A DNA stretch of 63,472 bases, taken from positions 248,529-312,000 of the forward strand of contig NW_005434646.1 of the NCBI RefSeq assembly GCF_000315625.1, written 5' to 3'. The DNA comes from Guillardia theta CCMP2712. Its lineage: Eukaryota; Protista; Cryptophyta. A model generated the notes under the pieces. The model did no database searches and had not been told where the DNA came from. It worked only from the letters and a program-made list of their open reading frames with translations. Position 1 is the stretch's first letter. The number at the start of each line of letters is the position of its first letter. A program made the position numbers and the translations under genes. Below are positions 12,771 to 25,563 of the stretch, one piece after another.

Positions 12771-13983
12771 ACATCAAGTGGATACACCTTTTATCCTGCA
12801 TTGAGATCCATTTTTGAACGAGTCAATACAGACATCAAGTGGATAAGCCTTACTCGCATCGATTGACATCCTTTTTAATGATACCACGATAGCTTGACTG
12901 GATGTCTTCCTTCTCCCTGGGCTACCCCGTACATCCCCCTACCGTCCCATGGGCTCCTCGGGGGTAGGGTAGGTAGGGTACCCCCCCCCCTAGGGATTTA
13001 ATTTTGCCTCGGGCCACTCGCGTGTGTCTCTTCCCCTCCGCCCCCCCCCCCCCGCTCTCCCGCAACACGAGGAACCCGCTCCCTCAGCTACCTGCCATGC
13101 TTGACCTGGATGTCTCCTGCTGTCCTTCTGACTGTCTTGACACTCTCCTCGAGTGGAGCTCGTCCATTGTCATGGAGAATCGGAGCGACGACTTTTTCGT
13201 CTCCACGGTCTTGAACTGTTGTGAAGGGCATTGCCAGTGCGGCGGCATCATGGAGTGCGTGGAGTCACTAGATATATGATCAGTGAGCTTTGAATGTTGA
13301 GATCCAAAGCTTTGTTTTGCTGTATCGTTTATTTTTATTTCTAAAAATGCCCGACATCGGAGCGAAAATCTACTCCTCGTGTGTGGTGACAAACATCCAG
13401 TCGCCAGCCGCTTCGTGGCGACTTCAGTCACGTGGCAGTTGCCCTAAAGATGCATTAGCTCTCAACATTCAAAGCTCACTGATCATATATCTAGTGACTC
13501 CACGCACTCCATGATGCCGCCGCACTGGCAATGCCCTTCACAACAGTTCAAGACCGTGGAGACGAAAAAGTCGTCGCTCCGATTCTCCATGACAATGGAC
13601 GAGCTCCACTCGAGGAGAGTGTCAAGACAGTCAGAAGGACAGCAGGAGACATCCAGGTCCAGCATGGCAGGTAGCTGAGGGAGCGGGTTCCTCGTGTTGC
13701 GGAGGGGGGGGGGGGAAGGGGAAGAGGCACACGCGAGTGGCCCGAGGCAAAATTAAATCTCTAGGGGTGGGGGTACCCTACCTACCCTACCCCCGAGGAG
13801 CCCATGGGACGGTAGGGGGATGTACGGGGTAGCCCAGGGAGAAGGAAGACATCCAGTCAAGCTATCGTGGTATCATTAAAAAGGATGTCAATCGATGCGA
13901 GTAAGGCTTATCCACTTGATGTCTGTATTGACTCGTTCAAAAATGGATCTCAATGCAGGATAAAAGGTGTATCCACTTGATGT
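12771..13983. mobile_element. Foldback / long inverted-repeat element: arms ~12771-13302 and ~13460-13983, ~157-nt spacer
   Basis: The arms are near-perfect reverse complements, and both carry the same 60-codon ORF MLDLDVSCC...SLDI. The inverted repeat is directly observed; a transposon origin is inferred. No transposase and no clear TSD. Confidence 0.7.
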
Positions 13984-14365
13984 AGTCACGGCACTTACAC
14001 TTTTGTATGCCTATCCACTCATTGGGTGACTTTTGATCGCCTCATTCGGACTCACGATCGAGTGACCGTCGGAAGGTTCCCGGAGTCCGGTGATCGGATC
14101 CGCTAAGTTCACACTTGACTTTCAAGTTCCCACTTGACTTTCTTGACTTTCAAGTTCCCCATGATCGATCCGATGATCCTTTCGCCGGACAGTTGATACT
14201 CCCGGAGTCCGACCCGGACTCAGTCCGACCCGGTAGAAAGGTTGGGGACTGACTCCCGGGTCACTAGGAGCTCGAAAGTTGATAGCTATGACCTAGATTC
14301 TGTTCTAGATTTGAATTGCCTGCCCTAGATTTAGCTACTAGTCAAACTCTGCGGCCCTTCCCAGC

Positions 14366-15337
14366 TCATGATCGTCTTTGTGCTGATGGAGAAGACTTCC
14401 ATCCCGAGTATCCTGAGGCTACCAGGTGATTTCTCCCTCTCCCGTCTCCTCCCGCCCATGCTGCCTCCACCATCATGTGCACAAGACGCTCGAAGTCGCG
14501 CACCCAGGCCTTCACGCGCGTCAGCAGCCTCAGCGTCCTCCTCCTCTCCTCTCACCTCAGTGTCGAACAGCGACGAGGATCGCGCGCCCTCCACCCGCTG
14601 CCGCAGCTTCCGGAGGCTCGAGGTGCCGTTCCCTCCTCTCTCTGTGCTCCTCCCAAGCTTCACCGCCATCTCCACGTACTCCTCCTGCTCAGCAGAGCCG
14701 TCACAAGTTCTGGGGTGCAGAACATGGCTCGTTGCCTGCGTGCGCGCGAGGAGGAGGTCTAAACCCTGGGACTGCAGGAAGGAAGCGCCGCACCTCCTCG
14801 CCATGTTGCTCCCTGAACAAGAGGATCAGGAGGTTGGCAGGTTGCGCCAGGAAGAACCTGCGAGGGTGATGAGGGGAAGGCCGATCCAGAGAGCGTCGAT
14901 GCCCGAGACGTGCGCGTTGTACTCCAGGGTGTCGAGGAGGATCTAGTTCGCCGAAGTCAGCGATAAGGATTAGGAGGAGGAGGAGGAGGAGGAGGAGGAG
15001 GAGGAGGAGGAGGAGGAGGAGGAGGAGGAGGAGGAGGAGGAGAAGGAGGAGGAGGAGGCGAGGCCAAAAACGAGAACAAGGAGAAGGAGGGGGAGGTGGA
15101 GAAGGAGACAGACAAGGAGGAGGGAATGAGGAAGGAGGAGAAGGAAGGGTTGGTTGAGGGAGCGAGAGACAAGAGGATGAGCAGGAATCGTACGCTGGCA
15201 GCTCGCTTGACTCGGAGATGCTCGTTGAATTCGACCTTGTCCGTCATGAGGATTCGAGAGGCATTGATGTTGCTTGCCGCTGCCTCCCTCTTCAGATGAG
15301 CCTCAGCCTCCCTTGGAAACCTTTGGAGATTGTTAGA

Positions 15338-15390
<53 letters not shown>

Positions 15391-18300
15391 AATGGAGGAC
15401 TACAGAGATGTAGGCTAGGAGGCGGAGAGAGGCTGGGAGAGCTTGTGCCTCACCTGAGCATCCAAAGAAGAGAGGAAGGGACCTGGCCGAGGATTTTCAT
15501 CCACAAGGCGAAAGTTCCTGGCCCGAGCTTCTGCAGGTGATTGAAGTTTGCAAAGATGACCTGGAAATACAGGAGGCGGTATCAGTTGGCAAGCAACGGG
15601 GGGAAGCGAGAAGAGGAGGGGGGGGGGAGGGAGGGGGGGAGGAGGAAGCTGAGGGGGGGAGCGGAAAAGGAAGAGGGAGAACGGGAGAGGGGGAGGAGGG
15701 AGAGGAAGGGGGTGGGAAGGAGAAGCAGGAATGGGGGAGCGGCGGGGAGCGGCGAAGGGACCTGGTGCTGGTGGTGGGGGAGGTTGCGGGCAGCAGCGTC
15801 CTCAGGGGTAAAGTCTCCCTCCACCTGCTTCATCTGGCTCTGACGATGATCCGCCACCATGTACGTGCGAGGGAGGACCGCAAACTTCTCGGTGAAGCAG
15901 CTGGGGTGGTGCTCGGGAGGAGTGACGACGCGATCGGTGATGATGAAGTCGAACTGGGGAAGGCCGAGGGAGTAAGGGTACCCCAGGTAGTGCACGACCA
16001 CCGGGGCCGGGCGCAGGGCCCCGATTTCAGCGTGACCCCCGTCAGTGTAGCCGTTGAGCTCCACCATGACATGCGCTTGGGCGCTGTTGACCATCTCGGC
16101 GACCATGCGCGAGTCGATGCCCTTGACCCAGTGGAACTCGTCGACGGAGTTGTGGATGGTGACAAGCGGCTCGGAGCCGTCGTTGGCCTCGAAGCTGAAG
16201 CAGAAGACCTCGAGCCGAGAGCGGTCGAGAAAGCGGAAGAGACCCTGGACGAGCTGCCCGACCGGACGAGCGTTGAAGTCGGCCGAGAGGAAGGCGATGG
16301 CGAGCTTGTCCACCCCGGCGCTCTTGTCGGGCAGCCAGGGGATGAAGTTAGCAGAGATCCTCCTGGACACCTCGAGCACGTGCGCAGCTCGCTGGCGAAC
16401 TACGTTGCAGAGCTGTCGATCGCTGAGAGGATAGGCGAGAGCGAAGATGGGGCCTAGTCCCCCGGCGGTTCCCTGGTCGATCAGAGCTCGGGCCTTGCTG
16501 AAGTCTCGCTCCCAGCCCCTCCAGTCGCAGATGCGTCCGAGGAGATGGATCTGGGGTTTGAGATGAAGGCGGTGCAGAAAGTCAGAAGGCGAATAGAAGG
16601 AGGGGAAAGGACTGAGGAGGAGAATTGGAGAGAACGGGAGGCAGGGAGGAGGTGGAAGGAGGAGAGGAGGAGAGGAGGAGAGGAGGAGAGGAGGAGAGGA
16701 GGAGAGAGACGGGACAGGGAAAGAGAGGAGGAGCGAGACGGGACAGGGAAAGAGAGGAGGAACTTTCAAGTCACCAGGCTGAAGAAGGGGGTCTCGAAGT
16801 CATTATTCATCTCATAAGAAGTCCGATAGCTGACAACAGCCATAAGTGAGACTTATACTTCTGACTTGCTCGCATGCAGCAACACGTACAATCTCACGGC
16901 CTCGTCCAACCTCGTGTGGGACATCTCTATGGAAGCTCCCAGCCCGTTGTATGCCTCAACCTGTGCCAACATCTTCATCCCCCCCCAGCTCTCCCATGAG
17001 CTGCTTCACACCATCAGCACCCTGTCAACTGACTTGAGCCGTGTGATCCTACGAAAAATCTTCTCTGAGTCGCCAAACCTTGCCAACCTGATATCCCAAC
17101 TTCAGAAAGAAAGGAGACGAGGTCAGCGGCAGCGCACCTGTAAAGCAGAGCTCCAAGCCCCGACAACGCCTGCTGCTGCTCCATCGACGATTTCGAGTCA
17201 CCTTCTATCCGCAGGGCCGTCACCTGCCCGTATGAAAGGCACAGAAAATTCAGCAGCCCTCCAGCAGAGCTTGCGAGCTCACATAAGCGCGGAGAGCATA
17301 GTTGAGCTCGTATCGCTCGTGTGCCTGAGTCAGCAGGCGAGCAGCTCCGATCATGTTGGCGCTGCTGAGAGCCCCGAGCATGCTCTGTCGCTCACCACCG
17401 TCAGCTTGTCCCGTTGCTTTGCCACCTTCCCTCTTTCCCTTCCCTCACTGCCTCCTTTCCTCTACCCTCCCCTTCCCTCCTCTCTGCTCTGCTCTGCTCT
17501 GCTCTGCTCTGCTCTGCTCTGCTCTGCTCTGCTCTGCTCTGCTCTGCTCTGCTCTGCTCTGCTCTCCCCTCCTCTCTCGTTGCTATCTCTATGATCCCAC
17601 CAGCAGCTCGACGGCCAGCAAGGGATTGTGAGTGTTTGAAACTTTCTCCATCACTAGCTGCAGAATCTCTGCCTTGTCGGAGCCGACGGAACGGGCAAAC
17701 GAGTCTGTTCATGAGCGGGGAGTTACGGCCACTAGTCCTGGCAGCACAAGGCAAGAGGACCTGAAGACAACAGCTCGACTACTGAGTGCAGCTTGTCTTG
17801 GAGGACAAGCGAAGATAGATAGACCACAAGGATGTTCTTGTCTCTTAAGTTCCCTTCCATCGCATCTCGACACATCTGACAACTCAAGTGAGATGTTGTG
17901 ACGTCATACCAACTCTCTCACCTGCTCTGCCTCACCATACTGCCCCACATCGAACAACGCATTGGCCAGATTCGCGTGAGACTCCAGGGAGCCGTCCAGG
18001 GCCCGCGCCTCCTCGAAGTGACGTATCGCCTCCTCGAGCTTCGCAGCGCGTCAGCGTCCAGATCGCGTCATAGCTTGTCCTCACGTGCCCAGCATCCTTC
18101 AAGACCAGCCCCAAGTTGTTGAGGATCATTCCCCTACCGTAGGCATTCGCCTGGTATCGCAAACTTATCAAGGAACGGCATGCAAGGCAAGCAGGAGGCA
18201 TACGGCTGTGCTGTCAAGGCCCTCCTGGAAGATCCGCACTGCCTGCTCCCTGGCAAGGGAAGGAGAGTCATGACGGAGGATGGAGGGGACACAACACCCC

Positions 18301-19017
18301 ACGACCGCTTCCTCTGTCGCATGTACGACAGTCCGATGTTGTTAAAGGGGATCGGGGAATCCGGACGGGCTTCACTGGCACCTGAGTGTTCCTTCATCGC
18401 GCTTGCCCGCCATCTCCCTCATCTCACGTTCGAACATCTCGATCGCATCCTCTTCCAGCCCCTGCGCCGCAAGGATGTTCCCCAGCTTCAGCGCTGCCAA
18501 CCCCAACGCCCTGGCACCAACATCCCCATCAGTCACGATAACGAGCGTCCAAGGGTCTGCTCTACGGGTCTATGGCGAGCGCCTTCCGCAGCGCATTTTG
18601 TCCTTCCTCGCTGTAGCCGGCATCGGCGTATACAGCGCCCAAGCTCTCCCAGCACTCTCCTGGCAAATGGCAGGTTACGAAGAGCGGAAACAAGCAGGCA
18701 CGCGGGACCTGAAGACGGGAACTTAGCCACAGCATCTAGAAGGCAGGAGAGCGCAAGTTGTGTTTTCCCCTGGGACAAGAGGTTGTTCGACCGCTTGCTG
18801 TTGGAGCAAACATCAACCGTCCTGCATGAGAGCAATACCATGGTCACATGAACTCGACGGGGCTCTTGGAAGACTTGCAGCCAGCCATGGACTTCTTCTT
18901 GCCCTCGGAGACAGAAGCAACAAGGCTGGAAGGAGAGTCAGAGGACAGCAAGGTCTTGCTCTACCCTCCTCCTCCTCACCATGCCGTGATCAGCCATAGC
19001 GCCGCCGCAGTTCGCAT
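14366..19017 (-). CDS. TPR-containing glycosyltransferase family 41 (O-GlcNAc transferase / SPINDLY-like), multi-exon, with predicted signal peptide
   Basis: TPRs ([24 protein letters not shown]); GT41 motifs [66 protein letters not shown] and [14 protein letters not shown]. Confidence 0.88.
14972..15058 (+). repeat. (GGA)n intronic microsatellite
   Basis: Seen directly. Confidence 0.95.
17482..17565 (+). repeat. (CTCTG)n intronic microsatellite
   Basis: Seen directly. Confidence 0.95.
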
Positions 19018-19575
19018 CCCCCCGTCACGGCATGGGACACGATCCCGGGTGATGTTGAAAGCAAGCCCGCCTCCGAGTCAACGAGCGAAAGTGCCCGATT
19101 GATGGGAGGATGGGAGGGAGCGGGAGCGGAGGAAGGGGGGGCGGGAGGGGGAGAGGGGGAGAGGAGTCGATCAGTGGACCAGTGACAGCAGGTAGCTATA
19201 GCAGAAGGAACAGTGCGGTGAGAGCTGCTAAACTAAGATTGGGGCAATACTGAGGATGAAACGCTTTCGATCGATTCGAAAGTCACTGGCACGATATTTG
19301 AAGTAGTGCAGTTGAAAGATGATGATGCCGTGGTTTAGTGAGATCATTGATAGGATCTGAAGGATGTCGAAGGCCGTAGACGACAGGAGACTGATGAACA
19401 CTTGGCAGCCAGGGCTGCGATGTTTGATAACTGACCTTCCAAGTTGGCAAGTTCGTGAATACTTGCATGCAATGGGCGATGCAAGTGAGAGATCTAGATC
19501 TCATTTTTAATATTACAGATGTGATAATGAATAACAGGGCGGATCTAGTCCAACTCTCCCTGCGACTTGCTGGGA

Positions 19576-20953
19576 CTAGTGTCCTACCATTTCTCGGATC
19601 ACCGATTTGATCTCCGTGAGAGCCTTCAAGGGGGTGTGCGCATGCTTGAGGAAACATGCTTGAAGCTGGGCGATCGACAGGGCGCCAGAGGGAACAGCTT
19701 CAACGAACTCTGCCACCTCCTCCTCGCTGATGTCTGTGTAGAAACTTCGTAGGTATGCCGACACCATCTCCTTAGTGCACAAGTGAAACTCGACCATCAG
19801 GTCGACACGCCCAGGGCGAACAAGAGCAGGATCTAGCCTCTCAAGATGATTGGTCGTCATGAAGACTAGTCGACCTTCCTGCGCCACAACCCCATCCAGC
19901 GCGTTGAGCAGTCCCGAGAAGGTCAGCCCTCCCGCCACGTCCTCGGAGTTCCTCTGCCGGAAAGCTGCGTCAATGTCTTCCAGCAGGAGGATGCACCTGG
20001 AAGCAGAGCCGTTGAGAGTCTCGATGAAGCTCTGATCGGTCAGCTTGGGGCCGGAGAGGTGGACCACGTAGATGGGCAACTCCAAGGCGCCTGAAGCACA
20101 ACAGCATGAGAAAACAAAAAGCACTCTTCCCCAAGACATCCCTACCTGCCAGAGCAGAGACAAGGCTTGTCTTGCCGGTCCCAGGAGGGCCGTGGAGCAG
20201 ATATCCCCGACGCCAAGGAATCCCTCTGGACGCGTACCATTGCTCAGCCTCCAAGAATCTCTTGCAATCGTCCAGGACGGCTCCGGAGCGGTCCAGGGGC
20301 CAAGTCAAGACTGTGCTCAGGGGACGAGACATCCTGGAGGAGGTGAGATTCCAGTAGGAGTACTCGTCAGCAACGTAGATCCTTGTTCTTGAGTTCTTCT
20401 TTGTCTCATAGGCTTCCCTTGCTTCCTCAAGAAGATCCAGCAAGAACTGCTTTGAACCTCCAAGGACGTACAACCGCATGTTCGATGATTCGGCAAGGGA
20501 GCGATGGTTGGCTTTCGGCTTGCTCGACCTCGTGATAAGAATCCATCTGTTCTTATGCTTCAAGATGATCCATCCTGTCGGCAACAAGATGTGGTCCTGC
20601 TGTTGTTTGTCTGTCTCAGAGCGCAGTAGCCCTAAGCTACGAAACGAGGAGAACACAGAGACGTTCCTAGTGTTGGCGGAGGACGGATGTTCTGAAACCC
20701 AGTTGCTCATCCAGATCAATGTCTCATCGCAGCTGAGAAATTCGATGGTGAAGACAAACCGTCGTCTGACGATGTCGCAGCATGTGTCGAATCCCGAATT
20801 TCCGAAGCTCGCAAGCATTCCAGCGAGGAATACTACGATTGCACCAGCAAAGTACTGATAGCCGAAGGACAGCGGATCTGAGACTTCGCAGCGAGCGTTT
20901 GCATCGGTGTTTCCTTGGAACCCATTGGAGAAGAGCACATGGTGTTGGAACAT
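19576..20953 (-). CDS. BCS1: Mitochondrial chaperone BCS1-like AAA ATPase (intron ~20093-20143)
   Basis: BCS1 N-domain, WYASRGIPWRRGYLLHGPPGTGKTS, LLLEDIDAAF, LTFSGLLNALDGV and MTTNHLERLDPALVRPGRVD. Confidence 0.92.
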
Positions 20954-21866
20954 GATTCCTCCCAATCAATTCCTTGAGCCAGAGGGGTGCGCAAGCTGAG
21001 AGGGCGAAGGCTGGTATCTAGCGATGGAGCTAGAAGCCAGCCTTCTACAGACTCGTGTACTTCCCTCTCTCTCCTTGCTACTCTCTTTCTTGTTACTCTT
21101 ACACTTGTTGTCTTGTTTCAGTCCTATCTCTCGGTCACTTTCTCCGACTACCAACGCACCACAAACGAATTTATAATGCCAGGACCCTACCCCACCCCAT
21201 CTCCTTTTCATAGAAAACCACCGGTTATCGACGTGTTTGCGTGCCCTCATTCAGCTCACCGTCAGTTAGTATTGACAGTATTAGTGGCCCAACCGTTGAA
21301 CCCGCTGCCAGTAGTACCCAGTAAAAACCCACTAATTGGACAGTAAAATGGACAGCCTGTCACGGTGGCCTTAAGGCTACTCTGTCACCCGAGGGCCTCC
21401 ACCGTCGGCACGCCGTGACACTGAGTGACCGACGGCGTGGCCGCCCGCGGCCCGGCGGGAGTCGGGCTCAGGCTCCGACTTTTAGCCTTCAAGCTTACCC
21501 GGTCCTGGCAGCCAAGCCTGAATCATGGCGTTGAATCATCCTGCATTGAATCCGGGCAGCGCGGCTGCTACTACACACGGTAATAAACTGGGCCCTAAAA
21601 CTTAATAATAAACCCTACTAGGAAATAACCCACCCTACTAGGCTCAGAGTTTGCACCCTCCTGAAATTCAGCGACGTTGGTGCCAAGCCGAGGTTCAACG
21701 AGCATGCGACTTACTAAATCATCCCTTCGACTTGCTCCAGATTCCGCGGCGGGTCTTCGGTCGGGCCCACAGCGACATGCGGCGCGGGTAAGCTGGGGGG
21801 GACCGTCCGGGACTCGGCCCGGGAACTTGATTGCAGGATTGGGTTTGGAGTCTCGGAGTGTCGACG

Positions 21867-21913
21867 GTCTCTCCTGATTGTCCTCGTACTGATCTTTAAC
21901 TTAACTTTGAGTA
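21867..21913 (+). promoter_or_regulatory. Conserved ~47-nt intergenic motif, copy 2
   Basis: 45/47 identical to 12488-12534. Confidence 0.75.
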
Positions 21914-21989
21914 AAGAAAAACTTAACTAACTTGGTGACGGGGGGGGCCTATTGCCGATCGGACCGGCTGAGTCGCATTTTAGTAGGAA

Positions 21990-22660
21990 ATTGTGACCTC
22001 TCCTCACCTTGGACTACTACCCCCACCGATAACCTTGCCCCCCAACATCATTCAAGGGGTGGGGTACGTTGAATACTCGATTTGGTTGTACATTGAAATT
22101 ATTTCAATAGTATCATTTTTCAAATGTTCTCGATATATATTCAAAAATGCCTCGAAGTTTTTGTGCGCCTCAAGGAACCGCGCAAGGGATGGAGGGGTGG
22201 GGGTATCGAGGTAATCAAAACCATGTTACGGGGTACACTACCCATGTGAGAAAACAGGGTGGATTTCACATTAAATTGAGGGGTACTTGACAAATATATG
22301 GGGTAGTGGTGAGCAGGGTAGGGTACAGCTTAAAAATGTTGTAGCCAAGTAGACACACCGGTGGTTGAGGTAGCACAGAGATCATGGGGTAGCTGGTTGA
22401 ATACACGTGGGTGGGGTGTATTATGAGGGGTGGGTACATTATTAAATTATGGGGGTGGGGTACTTATTGGTGTTGAAGAGTGGGATAAGGGTGACCAAGG
22501 TACTTAGAAAACAGGGGTGATGCCAAGACTTCAGTGGGGTGGGGTGATGTGCCAATGTCAGCTGAGGGGGTGGGGTGCATTCACTGTTGGGTCCAGAGGA
22601 TCAGGGTGCCAGGTGACAGTGGATGGGGGGAGGGGGGGTGGGCCTCGCGGATATTTTCAA
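21990..22660 (+). repeat. GGGGT(A/G)-rich low-complexity island
   Basis: Many GGGGTA/GGGTGGGGT motifs on one strand, with no credible ORF. Confidence 0.7.
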
Positions 22661-23378
22661 TGCAGGAAGCAAGGAGTGGAAGGTGGTGGTGGGAGGGAAA
22701 ACTGGAGAGCAATGGCGGGAAGCGAGCGAAACCATGGGGAAGGACATGCAAAAGATTTAGAAGAGCAGTGGATAAGTTGTTCATCGAATCCACCTTGAAG
22801 AGATGCGGGGAGAAAAGCAGGTTGCGGTAACATGTCTTCAAAGGGACCAACGCGAAGGGTAGACGGTGATTTAGGATATTCTTTTCCCCGCGAGAAAGTA
22901 TAACCTTCATCAGTAAGATGTAACAATACTGTTTGAAAATGGGGAAGAGAGTGCATTTGAGTGATCTTTGTTTTGTTCTGCTGTAGCGAGTCCTCGGAAG
23001 CAAGTTGTGGAGTTGCGTACTGTAACCTGTGGTCAAGTTTGCCTTGCTGTCCCTGCGAACGGTCTCTCCTTTGATGTTTGCGGATGTTCTGGACTTAAAA
23101 GAGTTGAACTTTCTTGATGCGCTCGAAAGATGAAGTGCTCAAATGATTCTATGACTGTACTTTGACAAGTCCTGAAACTAGTTTTCTACTCCATGACAGT
23201 GTATTGACAAGTCTTCTAATAAGTTTTCAACAGGTTGAACTGGAGGGTGTGATGATTCTGTTGAAAGCAACCCGTCGGATTTGATTTGTGTTTGGGTGGA
23301 ACTGCTGTTCCTCCTGACTGATAGCAGAACCTCCATTCACAGGTTGGAACAGCTTTGCCGTAAAGAGCATTGGCAGGC

Positions 23379-25031
23379 ATGGAATCCGAGACTCCTTTGC
23401 TGCAGCGTGAGGAGCTTGTCAGTGCCCTGCAGCGCGATGGGCTCTGTCTGAGACATGCAAGAGAGAACTTCAAGGCAGATGAGGAGCTGGTCATGTTTGC
23501 GGTGTCTCAGAACGGCAATGCCTTAAAATTTGCATCCGAGGAACTCAAGAAGTCCAAGGCGATAGTGACGGCTGCTGCATTGCAACACGGCCCTTCGATG
23601 CAGTACGCTTCGAAAGATCTTATCGAGGACAGGGACTTTGTTTTGGAGCTGTGTGCCAAGGTCTGCTTGCCTTTGAGGTCAAGGCTGTTGTTGGTGACAT
23701 GTCGTAGGGAGCGAGCTGCCTGTCGGGGTTGGATGAGAAGATGAAGAAAGATAAGGAGGTGGTGCTTGCGTGTATGAGTGCGAACGGATTCCAGCTGGAC
23801 AACGCAGATCCAAGTCTCCAGAAAGACAAGGAGGTTGTTTTGAGAGCTGTGAAATCACATGGCAAGGCCCTTCGATTTGCGTCAGAGGAGTTGTTGAAGG
23901 ACAAGGAAGTCGTCATGGCTGCTGTAAGTGAGAACGGAGACGCTCTTAAGTTTGCGAGCTCCGAGTTGAAGAACGATCGCGACGTTGTGCTGTGTGCTGT
24001 GAAGCAATCAGGGGACTCGCTCAAGCACAGCTCAGAAGAGATGCGGAAGGATAGAGAGGTTGTGCTGGAAGCTGTGAAGAAGAGCGGGAGAGCCCTTTCG
24101 CTGGCGCCGGCTTTCAGCGACGACAAGGAGATTGTTACAATCGCAGTTCAAGCGAATGCCAAGGCGTTGAAGTTTGCCTCGAAGGACATGAAGAAGGAGA
24201 AGGACGTTGTGTACTCAGCACTGAAGTCAGAATGCTCGGCTGGCGAGGGGCTAAAGTTTGCTGACCCTGAGCTGCAAGCGGACAAGCAGCTGGTGATGGA
24301 AGCAGTGAGGGCCGATGGAGATGCGCTTCAGTTTGCGAACGCATTGTTGAGAGGAGACAAGGATGTCGTGACAGAAGCAGTCTCAACTCGACCAGAGGCG
24401 CTGGAGTATGCGACTGACAGCCTGAAGATTGACAAGGATGTGGTCATTATGGCTGTGAAGAAGGCAGGAGACGTCCTGAAAGTGCTGCCCTCAGAGGCAC
24501 AGGATAAGGAAGTGGTACTAGAAGGTAACCTCCCCTTTGATGTCGTCACTTGATGATTTTGATTTCTTACCTGATTCCTTCTTCTCTCCCCATGTCATTT
24601 GCAAATGTTGTGATGCAAAGCTGAACATTCCTTTTTTTTGCCACCCAATCATTTGCCACACTGTGAAAAATAGCACTCAAGACATCTGGTGATGCTATCA
24701 AGTATGTCACGGAAGATTTGATCGCAGACAGAGAAGTCATAAAGCAAGCGATCATCTCAGGAGGGGAAAAGCTGCTGGGCGCTATGGTCGATAGCGTGGA
24801 AACACAGCAGATAATCGCAGAAGTGATCGAGGAAGTTGAGGTGAGTTGACGCCATTGGAAGAGGAGGGCTCACTGGCTAACTGAGTAACCTGAGTTAACC
24901 TGACCTGAACTGAGATGACCTAACCTGACTGCTAACTTGTTGATGGAACCTGTTGTGTTGCCTCGGGACCACTTCAGGCGCAACATGAACGAAATTTCTC
25001 ACCTTTGACTTCAGAGACCTGCTACGAATAG
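23379..25031 (+). CDS. DUF4116-repeat protein, multi-exon
   Basis: Tandem ~25-aa repeats D(K/R)EVVLxAVxxxGxALxFASxELK, typical of DUF4116. Confidence 0.88.
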
Positions 25032-25563
25032 TAGCGGCGAAACAAGTTGTTTAAATCCAAATGATGAAACGGTATACAAGTTGATAAGGAGATAGTTGGT
25101 GTCTTGCCTGCGCGTCGAGGACGACGAAGGCATCAATGTCGATGACTTGACATGACATGACGTTGCTGGAGATGAGATGAGATGAGATGAGATGAGATGA
25201 ATTTTGCTGTGCCCTAGAAGCTCTATCGCAGGCTGATGTTTTGTGCACGGTCATGCATCTAGTATGCAGCTCTGCACGCGGCGGGTTGAAACTCTGGGAC
25301 TGACTTGGTTTCTCAGGCGGAGAGGAGGTGCGAAGATGAGAGCGGAGGGGAGCAGGGAGATTCGAAGAGAAGGAAGGTGGAGTGAAGCAGGAGCAGATTC
25401 GCGTTAGCGTTGAAACCGTTTTTTCAAATTTTGATTGACATAGAGAGGACATGAATAACGTGAATGAGCACAACTCCCAGCTTTCAGTCCCTATGAGGGA
25501 GAAGTTTCGATACGAATGACTATCGCCTGTACTATTATCAGTCTGGCAACACAGCAGCCCGCG

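Noticed and set aside
13098-13279. 60-aa Cys-rich ORF in the inverted-repeat arms as a bona fide gene
   Set aside because: No family motif or expression evidence; reported only as part of the foldback element.
15537-16457. Long antisense ORFs over real genes (also 26357-26965, 60822-61523, 61739-62389)
   Set aside because: Shadow ORFs caused by GC-rich codon usage on the opposite strand.
22581-23200. ORFs beside the GGGGTA island as a possible transposase or Fanzor/TnpB remnant
   Set aside because: No RuvC, DDE or zinc-finger motifs recognisable.
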